Shown here in pieces: positions 1 through 10,278 of a DNA stretch of 64,000 nt. Each line of letters begins with the position of its first letter. Position 1 is the first letter of the stretch. The stretch is from a virus. The position numbers were made by a program, and so were the translations under genes. The notes beneath the pieces were generated by a model. That model was not told the origin of the DNA. It made no database searches and saw only the letters and a program-made list of their open reading frames with translations. Location: the IMG/VR virus record IMGVR_UViG_3300046808_001035. One strand, given 5' to 3'.

Positions 1-475
1 CTGTTTTACTATAGACTTTGTAGTCTACATAGCGAGCGCCATATATGATCCTCAGTTTATCCCCAACGATAGCTGCCCCTCCAGAACCGAAAACAAGGCG
101 GTCAGGTTTACCAAACTCTACATACTCGTAGGTATCAAGAGCGGCTCTCGCATCTGTCGCGATGCTTGTAATCATGTAATATTTATTTAGCCCGTCTTTT
201 TTAGTTTCGACGAGGAAGGGAAAGTCCCTAAGCAGTTGATTTAACTGCTGACGACTTAATAGTACTGGTTGCTCTAGAACAAAAGTCTCTTCCTCGCAAA
301 CTTGAATTACCCTAGCTTTCAAGACGTCAATAGACTTGCGTTTAAGTTGCCTCTCGGCTTCCTCGATTGCAATTTCCTCGCAACTGACTCTATGCCCAGA
401 GTCTTCCCAGATGACTGAGTTGCGTGCAGCTGCAGGCTTCTGAATCTCTACTCGATAGTATACGTTAGTTTTCAT
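1..475 (-). CDS. hypothetical phage protein (3' end runs off the window)
   Basis: ATG at 475 directly after the stop of 477..1016; frame (MKTNVYYRVEIQKP...) stays open to position 1. Confidence 0.6.
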   Translation of the reverse strand, partial: MKTNVYYRVEIQKPAAARNSVIWEDSGHRVSCEEIAIEEAERQLKRKSIDVLKARVIQVCEEETFVLEQPVLLSRQQLNQLLRDFPFLVETKKDGLNKYYMITSIATDARAALDTYEYVEFGKPDRLVFGSGGAAIVGDKLRIIYGARYVDYKVYSKT

Positions 476-476
476 T

Positions 477-1016
477 TTAGTTTTGCTGGTTGAATTCTTT
501 CAGTGATACGAAGTCTACGAATGTCATGGTTACTTGCCCACCAGCCCTATCCCAGCTGGTGTCTAGGTAATATACCATTACACACGGATAACTGATTTCA
601 TAGTCTTCATTTAACTCTAAAACACTATCTGCTGAGTATGCTGGGTTGTGAAGATATTCTACTCCGTCTTCTTCTTCACATTCTTCTTCAATAGGCATAA
701 ACCCTAGTATTTCTACTAGCTTATCTTGCTCGACTTCACCACATACATCCTTGCGGTCTTTCTTTTCTCCTGCTTCCTCATGCTTTGTCATGTAAAAATC
801 GAAGCTTTCACGTACTTCAGGAGGCATATTTCCCGGAGCCCCTTTACGCTCATCATTCCATTTAAAGAACGGCTTTAACTTAGGAAGATCTTCCTCTTCC
901 CAGATACTCGCTTCTTCCCAGTGACCCTCTTCGTTAATCTTACCATACAGGCTGATGTAGTTTTTCCACACCCAGGCCCAATGTTCTTCTTTATTGTTGA
1001 ATAGTACTTTTTTCAT
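477..1016 (-). CDS. hypothetical phage protein, acidic
   Basis: 179-aa ORF abutting its neighbours in the minus-strand gene train. Confidence 0.7.
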   Translation of the reverse strand: MKKVLFNNKEEHWAWVWKNYISLYGKINEEGHWEEASIWEEEDLPKLKPFFKWNDERKGAPGNMPPEVRESFDFYMTKHEEAGEKKDRKDVCGEVEQDKLVEILGFMPIEEECEEEDGVEYLHNPAYSADSVLELNEDYEISYPCVMVYYLDTSWDRAGGQVTMTFVDFVSLKEFNQQN

Positions 1017-1514
1017 TTATTTTTCTATATTGAATGCTGCTTTGAGCTGCTTTCGAAGACTCTCAACAGCTTCGTCTATAACTAAATTAACCGCTTCCAT
1101 TTGCTCTTTTGAGAGGGTTGCTTTAAGTATTTGCGCTGCTGTTTTTTCTCTTTCTAGTCCTAGGGCTTTAGGAAATACCCAGTCGTACCTAGGATCGACA
1201 GTTTCACACTCACAACGAAATCCATCATAGTACACCAGACACGTCCGACACTTTAAGCACTTCGGCTGCATAGCAGAAAGCTCAAGGTACCATGTAGGGT
1301 AATCCTGGAGATAGCCTTCACCCTCATGGTTCTCACACTCACTATTACTGCAGGCACACCAGTAGTCATGTTGAGCAGCTTCTGGTCTTGCAGCTACCAG
1401 TTGTTCGTTTGCAAGGTAATGAAGCACCGGATCGTTACAATCTCTACAGATACCTACATAGTTCTCAAGCAAGTCTCTAGGAGCTATCACTCCTTCAATT
1501 TCATTAATCAGCAT
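1017..1514 (-). CDS. hypothetical Cys-rich (zinc-binding) protein
   Basis: CRDC, CACSNSEC, CLKC and CEC motifs. Confidence 0.6.
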   Translation of the reverse strand: MLINEIEGVIAPRDLLENYVGICRDCNDPVLHYLANEQLVAARPEAAQHDYWCACSNSECENHEGEGYLQDYPTWYLELSAMQPKCLKCRTCLVYYDGFRCECETVDPRYDWVFPKALGLEREKTAAQILKATLSKEQMEAVNLVIDEAVESLRKQLKAAFNIEK

Positions 1515-1833
1515 AGGTATAGGTGGCTTTAATTTCTACGTTTTCGAAATCTTCCAACGCTTCAAAGGTGATATTTACCTTTATAATTTCGAATCCTTCT
1601 GTAAGCTCTGGATATTCACGCCTAACCTCGTCGAAGTCTTCTTCGATAATGTTTCTGCTGTGGTACAAGATAGCGTCATGCAAGGCTACATACCCCACAT
1701 CATCTATAAAGCGCTCACGTTCTCCTGAGGATCTAGTTATATAGCTGTAGTCCCAATACAGCCATTGTTTCGTCTCAGGATGTCTGTAACCGTATTTAGT
1801 TATTTTATTGTCCATTGTTTTTAAGTACTTCAC
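1504..1833 (-). CDS. hypothetical phage protein
   Basis: ORF in the packed minus-strand array. Confidence 0.55.
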   Translation of the reverse strand: MKYLKTMDNKITKYGYRHPETKQWLYWDYSYITRSSGERERFIDDVGYVALHDAILYHSRNIIEEDFDEVRREYPELTEGFEIIKVNITFEALEDFENVEIKATYTYAD

Positions 1834-2305
1834 TCAATAGTGCTCTGTTTGATAGTATCAGCTGGTTGGTTAGATCCTTGTTCTCTTTTTCTAGCACAAG
1901 AATCTTATTTTGAAGGTCTCCAATCATGTCGTTGCAGACTTTCATCTTTTCTTTCAGCTCTAGTTCAAGGTCTTTTGCTTTTTGTTCGCTAGACTTTTTT
2001 GGTAGATCTCTTGTGTATTCAGAGCTGATCTTTACTGCGCACCCATCCTTTAAATAGACTGTGTTTTTTGGAGTGCAGTCTACATATCTAACAACTTCTT
2101 TGAAGTGAGCTACTATCCTCAGCTTTGTATGGCTGTAGTCTCGTTGACTATCTAGATACTCTGAAGCTCCTTCAAACGTGTCAAAAGTGGCCATTGTGGT
2201 CCACCAAAAATGAAGTGTTTCATTACATGCGTAGCGTTGCACCTCGTATTTGTGTGTTCCCATTTCTTCTGTTGTATTTTGTGTCATATTTAAGGTAGTT
2301 CCCAA
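1805..2305 (-). CDS. hypothetical protein with C-terminal coiled coil
   Basis: ORF in the array; heptad-like C-terminus. Confidence 0.55.
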   Translation of the reverse strand: MGTTLNMTQNTTEEMGTHKYEVQRYACNETLHFWWTTMATFDTFEGASEYLDSQRDYSHTKLRIVAHFKEVVRYVDCTPKNTVYLKDGCAVKISSEYTRDLPKKSSEQKAKDLELELKEKMKVCNDMIGDLQNKILVLEKENKDLTNQLILSNRALLSEVLKNNGQ

Positions 2306-2502
2306 ATTTCGTCGTTTTCTTCATCTAACCCTGAGATTGTTGCATCTATGCCGAGAGCCTCAAGAATGAGGATTAAGGCCATATCATCATCAGAGCCATC
2401 ATACACTTCTTTACCGTCAAGCTTCCACTTTGTCGCGTTCCAGCTACAGCAACGATCTCCACATTCGTAATAGTAATCTTGCTTAGTTATTTTGTGTTTC
2501 AT
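2290..2502 (-). CDS. hypothetical phage protein
   Basis: YYECGDRCC motif; overlaps neighbours. Confidence 0.55.
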   Translation of the reverse strand: MKHKITKQDYYYECGDRCCSWNATKWKLDGKEVYDGSDDDMALILILEALGIDATISGLDEENDEIWELP

Positions 2503-2860
2503 CAGGGGGAGTTACTGTAAACGTGATATTTATATGCTCGGCAGATATCGCAGGTTTGACTGTGCCTACAATATCTATATGCAATATATTGTCCTTTAGC
2601 AGAGGGTCGTTGTTTCTCTCGTCACAAATTACCTCGGTGACTTTCAGCTCTCCAAACTCGGTAGGCAAGTAGACTGTTGGGTTAGTCAAGTAATCTTCGA
2701 AAGCCTTCTGCGCTTGTTGCATTTTTTGCTTTATCAAAAACCGCTCACAACCTTCCTCGAGCGCTTGGCATATATGACTATATACCTCTGGGTTAATCTG
2801 TTTACCTACAAAGCTAGCAAGATCCTCTTGCAGCTTGGCTGCGAATTCTTCTTCAGTCAT
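2483..2860 (-). CDS. hypothetical phage protein
   Basis: ORF in the array. Confidence 0.55.
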   Translation of the reverse strand: MTEEEFAAKLQEDLASFVGKQINPEVYSHICQALEEGCERFLIKQKMQQAQKAFEDYLTNPTVYLPTEFGELKVTEVICDERNNDPLLKDNILHIDIVGTVKPAISAEHINITFTVTPPDETQNN

Positions 2861-2863
2861 AAT

Positions 2864-3226
2864 TTAAGAGTCTATAACTGCACAATCTAGCTGAAATAGT
2901 TGAGCAATCGTGGCAAGCTCTTCCCGCCATTGAAAAACATCGTATTCGTCGTGGATCTTCTGCAGTTCTCTTATTAAATGATCGTGCGTCTTTGGCACTT
3001 TCTTAAACCTAGTCAAATCAAACCACGTATTGCTCTCTAGGCTGAAGTTATACTCATCATCACCGATGAGACATCCTGCAGCGCATTTTAGTCCTTCGTC
3101 ATTTCTGTATACGCAGAATTTATTATCGCTATCCTGACACCTTTTACCTTGTTTTAGTAAGTGCTCTGCAACCTGGTCAAATACCTCTTGTGCGGTTGCT
3201 TGCTCTAGTGTTGCTAGTGTGATCAT
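2864..3226 (-). CDS. paralog family A protein (QEVFDQVA...CxYR...GLKCAAGCLI)
   Basis: Aligns with 3223..3618, 9476..9847 and 18166..18531. Confidence 0.8.
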   Translation of the reverse strand: MITLATLEQATAQEVFDQVAEHLLKQGKRCQDSDNKFCVYRNDEGLKCAAGCLIGDDEYNFSLESNTWFDLTRFKKVPKTHDHLIRELQKIHDEYDVFQWREELATIAQLFQLDCAVIDS

Positions 3227-3618
3227 TTGTTTTCAAATTGGTCAATTATTGTACTGTTAAGGTTTCTTAGCTCTGCAATGTTCTTCAATCTAACTATCCA
3301 ATCTTCTTCTGGATAATACTGTGAATTGTCGTGAATACCCTGCAATTCTGATATGAGTCTGCTATGCTTATTACTAAGCACAACTCCTTGACTAATCAAG
3401 GTTGACCAAGGAGTAGTATTCATCCCCTGAGATGACACAAACTTCGCTTCTTCGTCACTCATCAAGCATCCTGCAGCGCATTTGAGTCCACCGTCCCCTC
3501 GATAGGCACAAACATCATGATTGATCATACTTCTCTGTTTCTGAGTGAGCATATGTGCTGCCACCTGGTCAAACACTTCCTGTGCTGTGGCTTGTTCTAA
3601 TGTTGCTAGTGTGATCAT
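3223..3618 (-). CDS. paralog family A protein
   Basis: First 20 aa identical to 2864..3226; ATGA overlap. Confidence 0.8.
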   Translation of the reverse strand: MITLATLEQATAQEVFDQVAAHMLTQKQRSMINHDVCAYRGDGGLKCAAGCLMSDEEAKFVSSQGMNTTPWSTLISQGVVLSNKHSRLISELQGIHDNSQYYPEEDWIVRLKNIAELRNLNSTIIDQFENK

Positions 3619-3833
3619 TCCTTAGATTCTTCGATTTTTCTTGTTGTGTAGTCTACCCTAACTTCTCTAGACCAGCTGAAGGTTTTATCGCATTCAGCAC
3701 ATTCAGTTTCTCCACTATCCTCTTGCGTGGAACCTTTGGCGCTCACAATACCAAGGTCCCAGCTGTCTTCTCCTTCTGCTCCGCAATATGGGCAGACCAC
3801 TTCAGGTGTGCAATCAGTGTCTATGTCGCTCAT
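3615..3833 (-). CDS. small zinc-ribbon protein
   Basis: CPYC...CAEC. Confidence 0.6.
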   Translation of the reverse strand: MSDIDTDCTPEVVCPYCGAEGEDSWDLGIVSAKGSTQEDSGETECAECDKTFSWSREVRVDYTTRKIEESKE

Positions 3834-4525
3834 TTTAGTGTGTTATATTTTTTTGCAGCGCTCACAGCGACCCAGTCGCTATAGTTCTTTTTCGCGGTAT
3901 TCATAGCCGAATTCAACCCGTCTACCACAAGCTTTACTTCACCAGGCAATTGTTCAATGAACTCAATGCTAGCTTTCTCTGATATAGCGCTACCATTACC
4001 CAGATTTTCTGCAATCTTACAGATCACTTTACGCAGGCGGGTAGTCTCTTCTTCAAGAGCTTCTCGTTTCTGTTTCTCTTCTGTAAGTCGAAGCATCTCT
4101 TCTTGAAGCTCTTTTCTTCTTGTTGTCTGCGCTGATAACTCACAGATATAGTGCTGTATAGTTCCAGGAAGACTGTCGAGTGTGTGGTTTTTAAGGTACC
4201 CTGCAGGCAATTCTCCAAGAATATCTAGAACTAACTTTTGAAGTCTACGCAGACAAGCCTCAGTTTCTTCATCATTCATCCCATCTACAGATCCCAAAGG
4301 GTCTAGAGGAGCACAGATTGTTTCGACAGTAGAATGCTCTGTCTTTTTGATCCATGCTTTTTGTACTCTAGGAAACCGTAAAACTTCCTGAGCGTCTGCC
4401 CTAGCTTCTTCTAGCGTAGTTTTGTTGTTGCTGTATATTCTTCCTTCTTCTTCTTGGCTGCTGTACCAGACAGAATATATTTGTGTAACCATATTATTTT
4501 TGTTTGATCGCTCAGTGATCTCCAA
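3830..4525 (-). CDS. hypothetical coiled-coil protein
   Basis: 231-aa ORF; real start possibly the internal ATG (MVTQIY). Confidence 0.6.
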   Translation of the reverse strand: MEITERSNKNNMVTQIYSVWYSSQEEEGRIYSNNKTTLEEARADAQEVLRFPRVQKAWIKKTEHSTVETICAPLDPLGSVDGMNDEETEACLRRLQKLVLDILGELPAGYLKNHTLDSLPGTIQHYICELSAQTTRRKELQEEMLRLTEEKQKREALEEETTRLRKVICKIAENLGNGSAISEKASIEFIEQLPGEVKLVVDGLNSAMNTAKKNYSDWVAVSAAKKYNTLK

Positions 4526-4561
4526 CCGTCAACCGATAGTTGACAGTTCAGTTAGTTCTTC

Positions 4562-4870
4562 TTAATCGCGTTTTGGTGGAAGCTTTCCGAGAATGTTTGC
4601 GAAAATTTTGTCGAATGCTTTGAAGAGGTCTTCTTCTGACATTTCTGGTAAAACTTTAAGTTTATCTACACAATCATTTGATTTAAAGTCATCTAGCACA
4701 TCCATCACCTGGTTTTCCCAAGTATCTTCGCCCAGCTTATCCACCATTTCCTCTACCGAAGCATCCATTTCGTTTACTATTTCTACTTCTTCAACCTTCC
4801 AATTTTCTCCATTTTCGCTAGTGAGAGTACCGCGTTTTTTAGTGTCTGCTTGTTCGTTTGAATTTTCCAT
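4562..4870 (-). CDS. hypothetical acidic protein
   Basis: ORF in the array. Confidence 0.55.
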   Translation of the reverse strand: MENSNEQADTKKRGTLTSENGENWKVEEVEIVNEMDASVEEMVDKLGEDTWENQVMDVLDDFKSNDCVDKLKVLPEMSEEDLFKAFDKIFANILGKLPPKRD

Positions 4871-4963
4871 GTTAATTTTTGTTCGTATATGTGAAGGGCT
4901 GCTCCCATAGATACTAGGAGCAGCCCGATAGCGATTAGTCTGAGGCGAGTGTTGTCGCTCACA

Positions 4964-5305
4964 TTATCCGAGGCTAGCGATTTCTTTCTTAAGCTTAGCC
5001 ATCTCTTTCTCCATCTCTTTAAGCTCTTGCTGCTTTTCTTTCTTGAGCTTCTCGGGGCTATTTTCTTCGAACCACTCTCCGATAGTGAGGCCACTATCAT
5101 CCATTCCTCCCCAGCTATCAAGAAGACTATAGTAATTATCTTCTGTTATACCTTCTGGAAGTTGCTGGATATTCTTGAGCTCTGTCATGGAATCTTTGAC
5201 CAATACCATACAGTTAGGTGTACAGCTTCCCAGATCACTTTTCAGCTTCTTCAGAGAATCGCTTTCGAGAACGACCCACATTTTTGCTAGATATAGTTTA
5301 TTCAT
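4964..5305 (-). CDS. hypothetical protein, possibly a distant member of family E
   Basis: MNKLY... N-terminus, ELKNIQQLPEG core and coiled-coil tail. Confidence 0.55.
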   Translation of the reverse strand: MNKLYLAKMWVVLESDSLKKLKSDLGSCTPNCMVLVKDSMTELKNIQQLPEGITEDNYYSLLDSWGGMDDSGLTIGEWFEENSPEKLKKEKQQELKEMEKEMAKLKKEIASLG

Positions 5306-5625
5306 GGTTTATAGTTTTTTAGTTGGTTTTCAAGTACCTCAATTTCCTTTTTCAGTTTATTGATCTTTTCTATTGTAGGAGCCTGATATGCGATTTTATC
5401 AATGAGTGTACCCAGGTCATCTTCAGCTAAATCGCCGTCTTCATCAATCACTGGATAGTTCGTAATACTCCACTCTGGCGGAAGCTCGAACTCATTGTTA
5501 ATTTCATAAATAGATCCTTTCTGAATAAACAAACCTTGGTCTGTGCAGGCTCGGGCGATATCTTCTACCATTTCTTCTTCGGCGTAAATGACCGTATGAT
5601 ATGTCACTTGATATAATTTTTTCAT
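5302..5625 (-). CDS. paralog family E protein (KLYxV...EI...LPxxW...P)
   Basis: Start trimmed to the ATG at 5625; aligns with 20700, 21379, 52784 and 53698. Confidence 0.65.
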   Translation of the reverse strand: MKKLYQVTYHTVIYAEEEMVEDIARACTDQGLFIQKGSIYEINNEFELPPEWSITNYPVIDEDGDLAEDDLGTLIDKIAYQAPTIEKINKLKKEIEVLENQLKNYKP

Positions 5626-5837
5626 GGTTAGTAGGCTGCTAATTTTTCTCCGATATACCAAACGATCGCGGTAAATTTGTTGTTATTGAATACACCTTCA
5701 GGAGCATCATAAGGGTCTAGAACTCCACCCACATCGCCCATCAACTTACCATCAAGGTCTTCAATTATTTCCTTAGCAAGAATATCTAATTGCTTCTTCT
5801 GCTCGTCTGTTAGTTTATAGTTTGATTTTCCCATGAC

Positions 5838-6245
5838 TTATAAATATCCTGACTTAATTTCCTTGTCGCCCTTGTTAAAACTAAACCCGTGGCTATAGTA
5901 GCCGTTGTGTTTGTTATAGAGATGTAGATAGCGCTCCTGGTTTTTCTTAATCATCCTGAACACAGCGTAATTCTCTTCGCTCATTTTTTTATCTTCTCGC
6001 AATTCGAGAAAGAACTTTGGGTCAAATACCCAGCCTTCTAGTTCTTTGTTTATATGCACTGTTGTGCTGCTCTCTTCTAATCCCACCACACACTCGGCTG
6101 GCGGAGCAGGATTAGTGCTGATGAGCCAACCAAAATCTTCACAGCAGTTAGACCCATAGTCAAAACCTACTACAAGGTTATTTTCATCTACGAAGTTTAT
6201 CTTTGAGGCACTCCATCCTAGCCCTGTTGACGGAAAGTATTTCAT
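5838..6245 (-). CDS. conserved phage hypothetical protein (CCE...NGYYS motif)
   Basis: SNCCED and YNKHNGYYSH motifs, which recur in phage proteins. Confidence 0.6.
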   Translation of the reverse strand: MKYFPSTGLGWSASKINFVDENNLVVGFDYGSNCCEDFGWLISTNPAPPAECVVGLEESSTTVHINKELEGWVFDPKFFLELREDKKMSEENYAVFRMIKKNQERYLHLYNKHNGYYSHGFSFNKGDKEIKSGYL

Positions 6246-6964
6246 ACTTTGCTTTGTGCTTGCTTGACGGCTATGTATTTTTTCAAAAGGTTATCGTCGT
6301 TAGCTATCGCACTCATAGTCTCCGGCGAGTACCAATCCACACCGGTTCCATCTATTTTAATGGTGTATTCGTTACCGTCTTCATCAACTATTAATTGTCC
6401 CGCAAATGCGTGTTTGTTTTCCGGCTGCTTTTGCATAGATTGCTTGAGATAGTAACGAACCTGGAAGCTGAACACACTCTTGCTGTGTTTCTTTGCTTTG
6501 TCGTTTTCTATCCAAGCGTATTCGACCATATCATTCTTAGAGCTGATAACAACCACTTCAATCCCTGCTCCGTCACAGCTGGTCCATACCTGTCCAGGTT
6601 TGATCTCATCTTCTTTTAACCATTTCTTGTACTCGTCACTCATCTTGACTGATTTACCCTCTTTTTTAACCAGGTATTCTTCAATCTGTACAGGTGCCAA
6701 CAATTCGATTTTCACAATATCGTCGTCTGTGTCGTATAGAAACATAGCATCTCCATGTATTTCTACCTCTCTATTATTTTCTTCACGGAACTTGAGACAG
6801 TACTCATTTCCGCCATCAGCCCACCCCAAATACATAAACTCGTGTTCATCTTCTCCGGTTAAGCCGTCTAGCAATGGGCACAATATTATTCCATTATCGA
6901 CCCTGAGTACTTCTGCCTTTTGTTCGAGAAGCCTGAAAGCTTCCTGTAGAGTTATCTTTTTCAT
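6242..6964 (-). CDS. hypothetical phage protein
   Basis: 240-aa ORF in the array. Confidence 0.65.
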   Translation of the reverse strand: MKKITLQEAFRLLEQKAEVLRVDNGIILCPLLDGLTGEDEHEFMYLGWADGGNEYCLKFREENNREVEIHGDAMFLYDTDDDIVKIELLAPVQIEEYLVKKEGKSVKMSDEYKKWLKEDEIKPGQVWTSCDGAGIEVVVISSKNDMVEYAWIENDKAKKHSKSVFSFQVRYYLKQSMQKQPENKHAFAGQLIVDEDGNEYTIKIDGTGVDWYSPETMSAIANDDNLLKKYIAVKQAQSKV

Positions 6965-7242
6965 TAACTTTCTAATTCTATATATGCTCCACGTTGTTCG
7001 AGCTCTGCGAGTTTTTCATCTACTTGATATCTTAGTGCAGTCTCATCCGAGTCTAGTGAAGACATCACTTCGTCAAACCAGGATTTAAACCTATCCACAC
7101 TAATTAGGGTATGGTCGTTATCGCCCCAACTGAAGGGCGCGTCGTCGCTAATCAGGTCAAATATCCAAGTTCTCCACTCTTCAGGGAAAAGCTGACCCAT
7201 TGGGTATGCTTCAAACTTTATAGTCTCTAGCTTTATTTTCAT
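6964..7242 (-). CDS. hypothetical phage protein
   Basis: TAATG overlaps on both sides. Confidence 0.6.
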   Translation of the reverse strand: MKIKLETIKFEAYPMGQLFPEEWRTWIFDLISDDAPFSWGDNDHTLISVDRFKSWFDEVMSSLDSDETALRYQVDEKLAELEQRGAYIELES

Positions 7243-7502
7243 TAGGGGTATTTGATTAATCTGACGTTATTTTGAATGCTGCGCAGTTCATCCATACAGT
7301 CAAGAAGCTTAGCCTGTACTGAGGCGATAACTTCGTGTTCTGTCACCGGATACATGTTAAGCACGTCATCTGCAGCACTTATTAGAGCTCGGCTCCACTC
7401 TAAACGTTCTTTGACACATGATGTTTCCAGAGTTAGAGAGCAGCTGTCTCCTCTGACTGTGATCTCTGCGCTAGCCTGGTTAGCGCTTACGTTGATTTCC
7501 AT
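7242..7502 (-). CDS. hypothetical phage protein
   Basis: ORF in the array. Confidence 0.55.
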   Translation of the reverse strand: MEINVSANQASAEITVRGDSCSLTLETSCVKERLEWSRALISAADDVLNMYPVTEHEVIASVQAKLLDCMDELRSIQNNVRLIKYP

Positions 7503-7504
7503 AC

Positions 7505-7792
7505 TTACAGCTCGTTACCGTTACTGAAGAAATTTGCTAGCTGGGAGGTTTTAGCTTCCTCAAACTCTATTTTCTTCATAACAGGTCTAAACATCTTCAA
7601 GGTTTCAAACACAACAATATTGCTCTCTATATCTTGAATCTCATAATTATCAGATATGTATTTTTGACAATCCTCTAGAGACGAGTGTAAGCTGACGTGT
7701 CCGTCGTTTATTTCGTATACGACATACTTGAAGCTAAGAGGGTCGGCTTTAATTTTGTCAGATAGCTTGAAGCTTTTGGTTTCTGTTTTCAT
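7505..7792 (-). CDS. hypothetical phage protein
   Basis: ORF in the array. Confidence 0.55.
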   Translation of the reverse strand: MKTETKSFKLSDKIKADPLSFKYVVYEINDGHVSLHSSLEDCQKYISDNYEIQDIESNIVVFETLKMFRPVMKKIEFEEAKTSQLANFFSNGNEL

Positions 7793-7794
7793 AT

Positions 7795-8178
7795 TTATTC
7801 TGTTGGTCGAGGTCTAGGATTACCTGCAGTTATTTCTCTTTCTGGTCCACAAGCATCGAACAAAGGCCAAAGAGATTGCGCTGTAGTTGGATAAGTTGGA
7901 TAAGATGCTCCTTGCGGACGCATTTTTCGCTTTCTTGCGCAGAACAAATAACTTGCCCAGGCGTCAAAAGTCCCAACATCTTTAATAGACTTCTCGAATA
8001 AATCTACGTCTTCCTGACTTTCAATATCTTCAGCGTCTGCGCAACCCCAAAAGAATAGGTCATTACAGAGTACATAAAAATCCAAGTCTTGATTCCAAAG
8101 AATGTCTGATTGCAGATCGTTAGCTGCTACCAGCTTTAATAGGTTAATTTTGTATTGTTCCATATGTAAATATACCAA
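7795..8178 (-). CDS. conserved phage hypothetical protein
   Basis: CNDLFFWGCADAE and RKRKMRPQG motifs. Confidence 0.6.
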   Translation of the reverse strand: MVYLHMEQYKINLLKLVAANDLQSDILWNQDLDFYVLCNDLFFWGCADAEDIESQEDVDLFEKSIKDVGTFDAWASYLFCARKRKMRPQGASYPTYPTTAQSLWPLFDACGPEREITAGNPRPRPTE

Positions 8179-8392
8179 CTTCTTCCTCTGTGACGTGTAG
8201 AATAACTGCTACGCTTATTGGATATTCTAGCCTAAAAAGCTCTTTGATTTTGCTCTCAGCATCTTTTCTAGAATAGTACCTGGCAGGTCTGCTGTAGCTA
8301 TCACTGTAAGTCCATTGTTCTTGTGAGAGGTCGGTAAGTCTGACTACGTAATAGTCTTCCTTATCTCTTAATTTATTTGATTGTGTTTCCAT
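8144..8392 (-). CDS. hypothetical phage protein
   Basis: ORF in the array. Confidence 0.5.
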   Translation of the reverse strand: METQSNKLRDKEDYYVVRLTDLSQEQWTYSDSYSRPARYYSRKDAESKIKELFRLEYPISVAVILHVTEEEVGIFTYGTIQN

Positions 8393-8535
8393 ATCGGTTT
8401 AAAGAAAACGCTCACATATAAATTCACCAAACACGGCTCCAGCTATACAGCTCAAGAACACTGTAATAAACGAAACCACAAAAAGTGTAGTGAATAACAC
8501 AATATCAATCGCCAAATCTAGCTCGTTTTCCATAA

Positions 8536-9009
8536 CTACAGTTTAGTTGTGTTGCGCCAATCTTCCCAATTTTTAGGAGTAAACCAACAAATCAGGCCAT
8601 ATTTTGTGTTGTTGAAAAACTCGTAGTTGTACTCATAACCTTCTTTAAAAGCATTCTTTTTTGCTGTTGTGAGTGAGATACTAATCCACGGAGTGATGTA
8701 TTGCTCTTTAGATTTGTTCGTCTCTTCAATCAGCTTCTCTAGCTCAGGAAACTCAAAAGAGGCTGTTACAACGTTATAGTTTTTGCGTTTAACGGGGGCA
8801 ACATACCCGCCATAGCTCGAGTGCGCTATGTCAACACGCTTAAATTTAAAGAACTCGGCGTTACCAGCATTCGTCCAATCTAGTTGCACAGATATGAATC
8901 CATTCGTGTGCTTGCTGATCTTTGGCTTTAGAAACTTAATCTGGAACCTCTGTTCGTATTCTTTAAGGTTGCTGAAAATAACTTTCATATGTGTAGGTGT
9001 ACGAGGCAA
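8536..9009 (-). CDS. hypothetical phage protein
   Basis: 157-aa ORF. Confidence 0.6.
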   Translation of the reverse strand: MPRTPTHMKVIFSNLKEYEQRFQIKFLKPKISKHTNGFISVQLDWTNAGNAEFFKFKRVDIAHSSYGGYVAPVKRKNYNVVTASFEFPELEKLIEETNKSKEQYITPWISISLTTAKKNAFKEGYEYNYEFFNNTKYGLICWFTPKNWEDWRNTTKL

Positions 9010-9177
9010 TGTTGTAGTAGTAGTTCTGCGTTGAAGTTTCTACTGAGATATTGTCTCCATATCTCAGGCACGCTAAAAGGCCTTTTTATATGTGCTAGCT
9101 CTTCTTTGATTTGCTTCTGATCTTCTAGGTAGGTTTTGAGGCTATCTAGTATTTCTAACCCTTCCTTTGGTATTCTT

Positions 9178-9486
9178 TCAGCTTCCATGAACAATTATGT
9201 TTGTTAGATCTCCGAGAGATTCTAGCATAATAGACCCTGTCAGGAGTCCTGCTGGTTGTTGTTCTTTGTCGTGCTCCCAGAAAGTGATCTTTTGTGTTGT
9301 GTGTAGAAATTTATCCACATACACCCACATCGTCACTTCGTCTACACTAATACGATAATCAGGGTTGTCTTTATGGCTTACTGTTTTCCCAGTATAAGCC
9401 ACTGTTAAACTTCCAACGATCTCGTGCATAGCCTCATCAAGCCTTTCTTGCAAGTGGGCATGCAACGGCATTATTTTAATCTCCAT
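9178..9486 (-). CDS. hypothetical phage protein
   Basis: ORF in the array. Confidence 0.5.
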   Translation of the reverse strand: MEIKIMPLHAHLQERLDEAMHEIVGSLTVAYTGKTVSHKDNPDYRISVDEVTMWVYVDKFLHTTQKITFWEHDKEQQPAGLLTGSIMLESLGDLTNIIVHGS

Positions 9487-9847
9487 AATTTTGACCTAAC
9501 ACGTCTGTGGATAGGTTGTGTAACGCTGCCAGAGTACCTAGTCTTGATCGCCATTCCTCTACAGGGTCGACATCGTGAATGTCTTGAAGCGCTCCAATGA
9601 GTAGCGAATGCTTGGGAGTAACGTCAGCTTCATGAATCAAGTCATCCCAGCAAGTGTCTTCCATCTCCATAAAGTACTCATCTTCACTGATAAGACAACC
9701 CGCCGCACATCTAAGTCCTCCCTCTCCGTAATAAGCACAGTTACCCTGCCGAGATAGACTTTTGGCTCCTTGTGTTAATAGGTGCTTTGCCACATGATCA
9801 AAGACTTCTTGAGCCGTTGCTTTTGGTAATGTTGTTAGCGTGAGCAT
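9476..9847 (-). CDS. paralog family A protein
   Basis: QEVFDHVAKHLLTQ...CAYY...GLRCAAGCLI. Confidence 0.8.
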   Translation of the reverse strand: MLTLTTLPKATAQEVFDHVAKHLLTQGAKSLSRQGNCAYYGEGGLRCAAGCLISEDEYFMEMEDTCWDDLIHEADVTPKHSLLIGALQDIHDVDPVEEWRSRLGTLAALHNLSTDVLGQNYGD

Positions 9848-10036
9848 ATTAATGTTTCTAGATATTTGATGTATTGATTGGTTATCTCCCCACCGAAAGG
9901 GTCTTTGGCCAAATCCCGCTGCAGAGTATTAATCACTAGCTGAACTGCTTCTTTGCTATAGAAGTCAGGAAGAGCCACTGCAGAGAGAAATGCGTCGTAG
10001 ATCTTTGACGCATCAAGTGTTAGTTCGTCGATTACA

Positions 10037-10273
10037 TTATTCATAGTCGTGAATTACCGCGAGCACTTCAATTACTTCAAGTTTAGTGGTTGTCTCTCTA
10101 GCAACCACACTGATGAGTGTATAGTTGTTGGTGATGTTCTTCTGAAGTTTCCTGGCTACACGCAAAGCCTCTTCTTCTGTTTCATAATAGGTGTCGCACC
10201 ATACATCCTTGCGATCAAGGCCTTCGCTAACCTCTACGAACCATTCTTTCTTTGTTGTCGTATTTGTCGTCAT
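10037..10273 (-). CDS. hypothetical phage protein
   Basis: ORF in the array. Confidence 0.5.
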   Translation of the reverse strand: MTTNTTTKKEWFVEVSEGLDRKDVWCDTYYETEEEALRVARKLQKNITNNYTLISVVARETTTKLEVIEVLAVIHDYE

Positions 10274-10278
10274 ACTGT